Assembly: GCA_963813645.1 (NCBI GenBank) | Contig: CAWEZS010000012.1 | Location: forward strand, 225,846-289,845 | DNA: 64,000 nucleotides | DNA from: Terriglobia bacterium | GTDB lineage: Bacteria > Acidobacteriota > Terriglobia > Terriglobales > Acidobacteriaceae | Direction: 5' to 3' | Shown: positions 28,273 to 34,627 of the stretch, piece by piece | Position numbering within the stretch: position 1 is the first letter of the stretch | Layout of the letters: each line of letters opens with the position of its first letter | Notes under the pieces: model-generated | Told to the model about the DNA's origin: nothing | The model's database searches: none | Seen by the model: the letters and a program-made list of their open reading frames with translations, nothing else | Made by a program: the position numbers and the translations under genes

Positions 28273-28740
28273 CTATGATGCTTTTCTGCGGGCCGCTTGT
28301 GGTGCACTGCCGTTAGCTTTTTTTTCCGCGTTGCGAATTACGGCGCGAACCTGGCGCACAGTGTCGCTGAGACAAACCGCCAGCATGGGCTGACGGGAAT
28401 TCTTGAGGATGTCCACAATCTGCCGCGCGGACGTTTCCAGGTAGAGGGTACGGCCGTCGGTGAGCAGGTGGTAGTCGGACGAGCTGGTAACAGTTTCCGC
28501 CAGACGCTTGCTGAACTCGCGCTGCAAAAAGCGCATGACCTTGCGCACCCGCTGCAGAGAGAAGCCCCTGCGGCGCAGCTCGCAGATGACCGCGACTTCG
28601 GCCAGGTCTTCGTTTGAGTACAGGCGGCGATGTCCTTCGCGCGCTGGGACGACGATGCGGCGCTCGTCCCACCACTGCAACTGGCGCAGCGTGATGCCGG
28701 TCAGGGCCACGACCTCCCGGGATGTGAAGTGCTCCTTCAT
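28273..28740 (-). CDS. MerR family transcriptional regulator
   Basis: N-terminal HTH FTSREVVALTGITLRQLQWWDERRIV...RLYSNEDL. Confidence 0.8.
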   Translation of the reverse strand: MKEHFTSREVVALTGITLRQLQWWDERRIVVPAREGHRRLYSNEDLAEVAVICELRRRGFSLQRVRKVMRFLQREFSKRLAETVTSSSDYHLLTDGRTLYLETSARQIVDILKNSRQPMLAVCLSDTVRQVRAVIRNAEKKANGSAPQAARRKAS

Positions 28741-28751
28741 TAATCCGATGG

Positions 28752-28785
28752 AAATGTTTCAAACATTTTGGATAAAAAATGTTTG
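28752..28785 (-). promoter_or_regulatory. three copies of a 9-mer AAATGTTT(C/G) (two direct, one inverted): candidate operator
   Basis: Plus strand has AAATGTTTC at 28752, inverted AAACATTT at 28761 and AAATGTTTG at 28777. They lie between the predicted -10 and the merR-like ATG. Confidence 0.35.
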
Positions 28786-28789
28786 AGAC

Positions 28790-28817
28790 ATTCTAGGCGC
28801 GGTACGCCTAGTGTCAA
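28790..28817 (-). promoter_or_regulatory. sigma-70-like promoter TTGACA-N16-TAGAAT for the MerR-like gene
   Basis: The reverse complement of 28790-28817 reads TTGACA CTAGGCGTACCGCGCC TAGAAT. The spacer is itself a palindrome (CTAGGCG..CGCCTAG). Confidence 0.5.
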
Positions 28818-28872
28818 TGAAAGATTTGGGTTTCGAGGTGACTAGAGGAGTTCCTCGTTTTGCGTGGGCCTG

Positions 28873-28947
28873 GGCGCTGAGGGCGGGACGCCCTCAGGAC
28901 AGCCGGCGGGCCTGTCCTGAGCGAAGTCGAAGGAACGCCGGCGCTAC
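28873..28947. repeat. family C element (minus orientation), terminus overlapping the thiS stop codon
   Basis: The minus strand reads GTAGCGCCGGCGTTCCTTCGACTTCGCTCAGGACAGGCCCGCCGGCTGTCCTGAGGGCGTCCCGCCCTCAGCGCC, which aligns with 26321-26395. Confidence 0.65.
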
Positions 28948-29147
28948 GAAGTTCCGCCGCCTACGAAGTGGACGATTTCGAGGTGGTCACCTTCGGCCAG
29001 GTTGGTTTCTGTCCACTTGGCTCGCGGGACGATGTCCCGGTTCAGTTCCACCGCCACGCGGTCTTGCTTCATTCCGAGCTGTTCGATCAGCAGGGCCAGG
29101 GTGGTCGGGGCGAAGGTTTGTTCCTGGCCGTTGATGACAATTTTCAT
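28944..29147 (-). CDS. thiS: sulfur carrier protein ThiS (with 2-residue extension after the GG motif)
   Basis: [12 protein letters not shown]...[15 protein letters not shown]. Start set at MKIVING. Confidence 0.8.
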   Translation of the reverse strand: MKIVINGQEQTFAPTTLALLIEQLGMKQDRVAVELNRDIVPRAKWTETNLAEGDHLEIVHFVGGGTS

Positions 29148-29190
29148 TGTCATGATTCTCGCAACTATCGGACGATGGGGCAAGCAGAGG

Positions 29191-29310
29191 CCACGTGGGG
29201 ACAGCCGCCCCCGGCTGTCCGGTCGAGCACTGCTCGACAGTGCTTTTTGACGGCACAAAACTTAGCGGAGCTCTGCTCCGCCGGACAGCCGAGGGCGGCT
29301 GTCCCCACGT
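29191..29310. repeat. family B element (two inverted units, CCACGTGGGGACAGCCGCC...GGCGGCTGTCCCCACGT)
   Basis: The terminal 30 nt are near-perfect inverted repeats, and each unit has a GGACAGCC/GGCTGTCC hairpin. Confidence 0.75.
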
Positions 29311-29317
29311 AGCCTGT

Positions 29318-29905
29318 TTAGGCTTCTACTTTTCTTAGCTGGAACTTGCGGGTAGCAGTGCGGCCGGAGTAGCTGGCCTGCACCAGGACCGACGAGTCGG
29401 GCAATGAGGACTCATCCACTTCAATTCTCATCTCGGTGTCACCGGAGGGGTCGGTGACCACCTGGGCATAGAAAGGAGCGGAATCGGGGCGGGCGAAACG
29501 GATGGTCAGGCGTGCACCAGGGACGCCGGAGCCGCTCTCCGTGACCCGCAACCGCATCGTCAGATTGCGATCGTTGTGCACCGAGTTGGCGTTCAGCCAT
29601 TGCACGTCCAGCTCTTTGACCGCGGCCAGGGTCTCGGGCGTGTCGCGCTTGTCGAGGATGTCGTCCAGATGGCCGTCGCGGATCGCATCAAGAACCAGGC
29701 GATGCTGGTCGCGCAGGCCGTGTTCTTTTTGCTGGTCCGTGAAGCCGCCGGCCAGCTTCTCTCCATAGGGGGTCGCCCGCTTGCCGATGCAACGGCCGCG
29801 GACAAAGACCTGGGTTTGCAGCAGAAGCTCGCTCTCGCGGGCCTCGCTCTGCACATGGTAGACGGTGTCGCCCTGCTTGATGTCGGTGTTGAAGCCGAAT
29901 ATCAT
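29318..29905 (-). CDS. hypothetical protein (N-terminal MIFGFNTDIKQGDTVYHVQSE domain, C-terminal beta-sandwich-like region)
   Basis: 195-aa ORF divergent from the nuo operon. No family recognised. Confidence 0.6.
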   Translation of the reverse strand: MIFGFNTDIKQGDTVYHVQSEARESELLLQTQVFVRGRCIGKRATPYGEKLAGGFTDQQKEHGLRDQHRLVLDAIRDGHLDDILDKRDTPETLAAVKELDVQWLNANSVHNDRNLTMRLRVTESGSGVPGARLTIRFARPDSAPFYAQVVTDPSGDTEMRIEVDESSLPDSSVLVQASYSGRTATRKFQLRKVEA

Positions 29906-30002
29906 GCGCTCTTCTTCACTATCACAATTTCACTCTTACGAAAGCGATCGTGCGTATCAATTAAACAGTTTTAACGAAACTGCAACAAAGTCAGCCGGTC
30001 GC

Positions 30003-30036
30003 TTGACACTACCAGTAGCGAAATCTAATCTAGAAT
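30003..30036 (+). promoter_or_regulatory. candidate nuo operon promoter TTGACA-N17-TAATCT (a TAGAAT box follows immediately)
   Basis: 30003-30008 TTGACA and 30026-30031 TAATCT. TAGAAT at 30031-30036 would need a 22-nt spacer. Confidence 0.4.
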
Positions 30037-30076
30037 GTTTACTTGGCGCTTGGCGCGAATTATATATAGCTCTCCC

Positions 30077-30472
30077 ATGCCCGACAATTACTTCGTCCGC
30101 TACCTGCCACTCCTGATCCACTTTATAGTCGCGGGAGCCCTCGCGGGCGTAATCGTCTTTCTGTCCTGGCTGATCGGGTATCGCCGCCCTACGCGGGCCA
30201 AAATGTCGCCCTACGAGTGTGGGATGACCCCCATCGGGGATGCCCGAGAGCGTTTCTCGGTCAAATTCTATATGGTGGGCATGCTGTTCATCCTGTTTGA
30301 CATTGAAGCCATCTTTCTTTATCCCTGGGCCGTGATCCTGCGCGATCTTAAGATGTTTGGTTTCTGGGAGATGCTGGTTTACATCGGCATCATGCTGGTG
30401 GGCTTTTTCTACGTATGGAAGAAAGGCGCTCTCGACTGGGGTAAACCTTCAGCCCGCCGAGGCCAGGTCTGA
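30077..30472 (+). CDS. nuoA: NADH-quinone oxidoreductase subunit A
   Basis: PYECG...FDIEAIFLYPW motif. Start set at MPDNYF. Confidence 0.9.
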   Translation: MPDNYFVRYLPLLIHFIVAGALAGVIVFLSWLIGYRRPTRAKMSPYECGMTPIGDARERFSVKFYMVGMLFILFDIEAIFLYPWAVILRDLKMFGFWEMLVYIGIMLVGFFYVWKKGALDWGKPSARRGQV

Positions 30473-30969
30473 TGCCGTTTCCACCCGCCATCACCGATCT
30501 GGAGCAACTGAAGAACCATCCAGCCGTGGCCAAGCTGTTGGCTTGGAATTCGACTGCGGTCAAGGGCGCGAAGTTCGATCGCGACGAGATGAGTATTTAC
30601 GTGGAGCGGTCGCTTATCCGTGACGCTTGTATGCTGCTCCGCGACGATGAGGATTGTCAGTTCAATTATCTTGCCGACGTCACCTGCGTGGATTGGTTTC
30701 CTTCGGAACCGCGCTTCGAGGTCGTTTACCACCTGCTGTCGATTCCCAAGAAAGAGCGCGTGCGATTGAAGGTTCGGCTTGACGGCAGCAGCCCGGCGCT
30801 GGATTCGGTGACACAGGTCTGGCCCGGTGCGAATTACTTCGAACGCGAGGTGTTTGATTTGTTTGGCGTGCGTTTTGCCGGACACCCCTACCTGCGGCGG
30901 ATTGTGATGCCGGAAGATTGGGAAGGCCATCCCTTGCGTAAAGACTATCCGGTGGAGGGCTACCGCTAG
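30472..30969 (+). CDS. nuoC: NADH-quinone oxidoreductase subunit C
   Basis: WPGANYFEREVFDLFGVRFAGHP...LRKDYP. The ATG overlaps the nuoA TGA by 1 nt. Confidence 0.95.
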   Translation: MPFPPAITDLEQLKNHPAVAKLLAWNSTAVKGAKFDRDEMSIYVERSLIRDACMLLRDDEDCQFNYLADVTCVDWFPSEPRFEVVYHLLSIPKKERVRLKVRLDGSSPALDSVTQVWPGANYFEREVFDLFGVRFAGHPYLRRIVMPEDWEGHPLRKDYPVEGYR

Positions 30970-30977
30970 GTCCCGCC

Positions 30978-32183
30978 ATGGCTCATCTTTCCCCCGCACC
31001 CTCGCTTGAACCCGGTCAGGACCGCACCATGATCCTGAACATGGGTCCACATCATCCCTCGACCCATGGCGTGCTTCGACTGCTGCTCGAGATTGACGGC
31101 GAAAATATTGTCCGCATCATGCCCGACATCGGGTTTCTGCACACTGGAATTGAGAAGACCTGCGAGGCCAAGTTCTACCAGCAAGTTGTCCCGCTGACCG
31201 ACCGTATCGACTACCTGTGCCCCCTGACCAATAATCTTTGCTACGTGCTCGCGGTTGAAAAGCTGCTGGGCCTGGAGATTCCTCCGAAAGCGCAGTGGAT
31301 GCGGGTGATGTTGAACGAGCTCACGCGCATCAATTCGCACCTGGTCTGGCTGGGGACGCATGCGCTTGATATCGGGGCAATGACCGTTTTTCTTTATTGC
31401 TTCCGCGAGCGTGAAGACATCCTGCGGCTGTTCGAGATGGTCAGCGGACAGCGCATGATGACTTCGTACTTCCGCATCGGCGGGCTGGCGCTGGAACCAC
31501 CACTGGGCTTTTTCGAACGCGTGCAGGATTTCGCGACGCGCTTTCCGTCGAAGGTCGATGAGTACGAAAATTTACTGACCGGAAATCCTATCTGGGGAAT
31601 GCGGACCAAAGGGGTGGCGCGGATCACGGCAGAAGACGCCGTCGCTCTGGGAGCCAGCGGGCCGACGTTGCGGGGCAGTGGAGTGGATTTCGATTTGCGC
31701 CGCGACATGCCCTACTCCAGCTATGAGAAATTCGAATTCAAGGTGCCGGTATCGCAGGACGGCGACGTATTTGCCCGCTACGCGTGCCGGGTGGCGGAAC
31801 TACGGGAATCCATCGCCATAGTGCAGCAGGCGCTCGATGGCATGCCGGAAGGCCCCATCAAGGCAACGGCGCCAAAGGTGATCCTGCCCGACCGCGAGAT
31901 GATGAAGACGCAAATGGAAGCGCTCATCTATCACTTCAAAATCATCACGGAAGGCTTCGCCGTGCCCGCGGGCGAGGTCTACCAGGCGGTGGAATCGCCG
32001 CGCGGCGAAATGGGATACTACGTGGTCAGCGACGGCACCGCGAAACCGTATCGGGTCCACATGCGTTCGGCTTGTCTGGCTAATCTGCAGGCGCTGCCTA
32101 CGATGTGCGAGGGCCGGCTGCTGGCGGATGTGGTGGCTGCGATCGGCAGCATTGACATTGTGCTAGGCGAAATTGACCGGTAG
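30978..32183 (+). CDS. nuoD: NADH-quinone oxidoreductase subunit D
   Basis: NMGPHHPSTHGVLRL...GFLHTGIEK...ESPRGEMGYY...DIVLGEIDR. Confidence 0.95.
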   Translation: MAHLSPAPSLEPGQDRTMILNMGPHHPSTHGVLRLLLEIDGENIVRIMPDIGFLHTGIEKTCEAKFYQQVVPLTDRIDYLCPLTNNLCYVLAVEKLLGLEIPPKAQWMRVMLNELTRINSHLVWLGTHALDIGAMTVFLYCFREREDILRLFEMVSGQRMMTSYFRIGGLALEPPLGFFERVQDFATRFPSKVDEYENLLTGNPIWGMRTKGVARITAEDAVALGASGPTLRGSGVDFDLRRDMPYSSYEKFEFKVPVSQDGDVFARYACRVAELRESIAIVQQALDGMPEGPIKATAPKVILPDREMMKTQMEALIYHFKIITEGFAVPAGEVYQAVESPRGEMGYYVVSDGTAKPYRVHMRSACLANLQALPTMCEGRLLADVVAAIGSIDIVLGEIDR

Positions 32184-32224
32184 GGATTGAGTAATTGGGG
32201 AATTTGGTAATTGAGTAATTAAAC
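32184..32224. repeat. left arm of AT-rich octad element (GTAATTGN x4)
   Basis: GGGATTGAGTAATTGGGGAATTTGGTAATTGAGTAATTAAAC. 32186-32205 pairs with 32608-32630. Confidence 0.6.
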
Positions 32225-32228
32225 ATCC

Positions 32229-32599
32229 ATGGTGATCGCGATGAAAACCCAGCCGGAGCAACTCAGGGACCGGACAAAATCGTTCGCATTGCGCATCATT
32301 CGCCTTTTTCCATCGCTTCCCTACAAGCCTGACGCACAGGTCCTGGGTAAGCAGCTGTTACGATGCGGAACCTCAGTTGCCGCTAACTACCGGGCAGTTT
32401 GTCGTGCAAGATCGAAGGCAGAATTCGTTGCCAAGATGGAATTGTGGTTGAAGAGGCAGACGAGACTATCTTGTGGTTGGAACTGTTGACCGAATCGGGG
32501 ATTATTTCCGAGGAGAAAACACGAGAGCTGCTGACGGAGGCGCGGGAGTTGACGGCGATATTCACGGCATCACAACACACGGCCAGAAGCGTAGCTTAG
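32229..32599 (+). pseudogene. four-helix-bundle protein (23S rRNA intervening-sequence protein family), split by a 1-nt frameshift near 32438
   Basis: ORF 32229-32489 gives ...LRDRTKSFALRIIRLF...QVLGKQLLRCGTSVAANYRAVCRARSKAEFVAKM. ORF 32399-32599 continues in another frame with IVVEEADETILWLELLTESGII... Together they match the family consensus. Confidence 0.7.
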
Positions 32600-32602
32600 C
32601 GC

Positions 32603-32632
32603 CTTAAAATTGCACAATTACTCAATTCTTAG
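32603..32632. repeat. right arm of AT-rich octad element, ending at the nuoE ATG
   Basis: CTTAAAATTGCACAATTACTCAATTCTTAG is immediately followed by ATG 32633. Confidence 0.6.
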
Positions 32633-33109
32633 ATGAAGTTTTCGGAACAATTCGAAACGCGCTTCGCCGAGATGCTGACGCACTATCCGACCAAGAGGTC
32701 GGTGCTCGTCCCGACGCTGCTGTATGCGCAGGACGAGGCTGGCTACCTCTCCGATGAAGTGATCGACGAGATTGCCGGTCGACTGGAACTGACATCTCTC
32801 GAAGTGCGCAACGTGATCAGCTACTACTCCATGCTGACCACCAAGCCGCGAGGCAAGTACAACGTTCAGGTCTGCACCAACATTGCCTGCATGCTGCGCG
32901 GCGGTGAAGAACTTCTGGAACATTGCGAGAAGAAACTCGGCATCGGACACAAGCAGACCACGCCCGACGGTCTTTTCTGCCTGGAAGAAGTGGAGTGCAT
33001 CGGAGGCTGTAGTTGGGCTCCGGCGGTGCAGGTGAATTACGCTTTTTATGAGAACCTGACCCCGGAGAAGATGGATAGAGTGCTGGACGAGTACAGGAAG
33101 AAGAATTGA
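32633..33109 (+). CDS. nuoE: NADH-quinone oxidoreductase subunit E
   Basis: 2Fe-2S thioredoxin-like fold: VCTNIACMLRG...ECIGGCSWAP. Confidence 0.95.
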   Translation: MKFSEQFETRFAEMLTHYPTKRSVLVPTLLYAQDEAGYLSDEVIDEIAGRLELTSLEVRNVISYYSMLTTKPRGKYNVQVCTNIACMLRGGEELLEHCEKKLGIGHKQTTPDGLFCLEEVECIGGCSWAPAVQVNYAFYENLTPEKMDRVLDEYRKKN

Positions 33110-33203
33110 GTAATTGGGGAAATTGAGTAATTGTGTAATTTGGAAGACGGAGCTGTCAGGATATTTTTCAAATTACTCAATTACTAAATTACCCAATTAC
33201 TAG
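33104..33203. repeat. AT-rich octad hairpin element between nuoE and nuoF
   Basis: GAGTAATTGGGGAAATTGAGTAATTGTGTAATTTGGAA - loop - TTCAAATTACTCAATTACTAAATTACCCAATTACTA. The arms are about 36 nt with few mismatches, and the nuoE TGA lies in the first unit. Confidence 0.8.
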
Positions 33204-33211
33204 ATGCCACC

Positions 33212-34519
33212 ATGGCTGATCTAGTTTCCCATCCCGATGAAGTAAAGGTTGTCACCCGGCGGTTTGGCCTGGGTGCGACCAATATTGATCGCTACCTGGA
33301 GCTTGACGGCTACAAGGCGGTGCAGAAGGCCTTGGGCATGGGAGCGGATGGCATCGTCAACGAGGTCAAGAACTCCGGCTTGCGCGGGCGCGGGGGCGCG
33401 GGGTTCAGCACCGGCCTGAAGTGGTCGTTCGTACCCAAGCAAGCGTCGAAGCCGAAATATATTTTGTGCAATGGCGACGAGAGCGAGCCCGGCACGTGTA
33501 AAGACCGCCTGATTTTTGAGCACGATCCGCACGCGGTGATCGAAGGCGTCATGATCGCCGGGCTGGCGGTGGGATCGAAGACCGGCTACATCTACGTTCG
33601 CGGTGAATACCGCTATCTTCTCGAAATTGTGCAGAAGGCGATTGCCGATGCTTACGCGCGTGGCTTTCTGGGCAAGAACATTTTTGGGAGCGGGCAGGAC
33701 TTCGATATTTACTGGCACGGGGGCGCGGGCGCGTACGAAGTGGGTGAAGAATCGGCCCTGATGGAATCGCTCGAAGGCAAGCGCGGCATCCCTCGCATCA
33801 AGCCTCCCTTCCCTGCGGTGGTTGGGCTGTGGGGCGGGCCGACGGTAATTAACAATGCTGAAACATTGGCCAGCGTGCCGCACATTATTCTGGGCGGGGC
33901 GGAGTGGTACGCCAAGCTGGGCCCGCCGAAAAATGGCGGGACGCGGCTGTTCTGTCTCAGCGGACACGTCAAGAAGCCCGGAGTTTACGAGCTGCCGATG
34001 GGATACAACCTTAGAAAGATGATCTTCGAGGTGGGCGGCGGAATTCCCAACGGACGCGCGCTTAAGGCAGTAGTGCCGGGCGGATCGAGTACGCCGATAT
34101 TGAAGTCCGACGAGATCGATATCGCCATGGATTTCGACAGCGTTGCCAAAACCGGATCCATGCTGGGATCGGGTGGCGTGGTCATCCTCGACGACACAAC
34201 CTGCATAGTCAAATTTGCCTTGCGAACCATGAAGTTTTACCAGCACGAGAGCTGCGGCTGGTGCATCCCATGCCGCGAAGGCACCGACTGGCTGAAGAAG
34301 ACGCTGATTCGCTTCCACTCCGGCGGCGGAGTGAAAAAAGATATCGACAACATGTACTACCTGTCGGAAAACATGCTGGGCCGGACCTTCTGTCCGCTGG
34401 GCGATGCCGCGGCCATGCCGACCATGGCATTCATCAAAAAGTTCCGGCAGGAGTTTGAAGATCATTTGGACGGCAAGCCGTGTCCGTTTGAGAAGGCGGC
34501 GGAGCCGGTGCTGGCGTAG
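33212..34519 (+). CDS. nuoF: NADH-quinone oxidoreductase subunit F
   Basis: GLRGRGGAGFSTGLKW, CNGDESEPGT, ESCGWCIPCREG. Confidence 0.95.
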   Translation: MADLVSHPDEVKVVTRRFGLGATNIDRYLELDGYKAVQKALGMGADGIVNEVKNSGLRGRGGAGFSTGLKWSFVPKQASKPKYILCNGDESEPGTCKDRLIFEHDPHAVIEGVMIAGLAVGSKTGYIYVRGEYRYLLEIVQKAIADAYARGFLGKNIFGSGQDFDIYWHGGAGAYEVGEESALMESLEGKRGIPRIKPPFPAVVGLWGGPTVINNAETLASVPHIILGGAEWYAKLGPPKNGGTRLFCLSGHVKKPGVYELPMGYNLRKMIFEVGGGIPNGRALKAVVPGGSSTPILKSDEIDIAMDFDSVAKTGSMLGSGGVVILDDTTCIVKFALRTMKFYQHESCGWCIPCREGTDWLKKTLIRFHSGGGVKKDIDNMYYLSENMLGRTFCPLGDAAAMPTMAFIKKFRQEFEDHLDGKPCPFEKAAEPVLA

Positions 34520-34525
34520 CAAATC

Positions 34526-34617
34526 GGGTAATTGGGTAATTTTGTAATTGAGTAATTTGAAAACGCACGGCGGGGGGATGATTTCAAATTACACAATTAC
34601 TAAATTTCTCAATTCCC
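34526..34617. repeat. AT-rich octad hairpin element between nuoF and nuoG
   Basis: GGGTAATTGGGTAATTTTGTAATTGAGTAATTTGAAA - loop - TTTCAAATTACACAATTACTAAATTTCTCAATTCCC. GTAATT recurs with a period of 8 nt. Confidence 0.8.
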
Positions 34618-34627
34618 AAATTTAATC

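Noticed and set aside
27883-28278. 131-aa plus-strand ORF overlapping the small Cys-rich gene.
   Set aside because: It is antisense to a more protein-like ORF that sits in operon position behind the MerR gene, and its composition is low in complexity.
32399-32599. The 66-aa ORF as an independent gene.
   Set aside because: It is the C-terminal half (helices 3-4) of the four-helix-bundle family protein, whose N-terminal half is ORF 32229-32489. It is better explained by a 1-nt frameshift.
33221-34522. 433-aa ORF antisense to nuoF. Similar long antisense ORFs occur at 10525-12027, 15747-16607, 19492-20304, 41178-42119, 53915-54901 and 55219-55950.
   Set aside because: They sit opposite genes with unmistakable family signatures. 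Their translations are Arg/Ala/Gly-rich and low in complexity, which is typical of shadow ORFs in GC-rich DNA.
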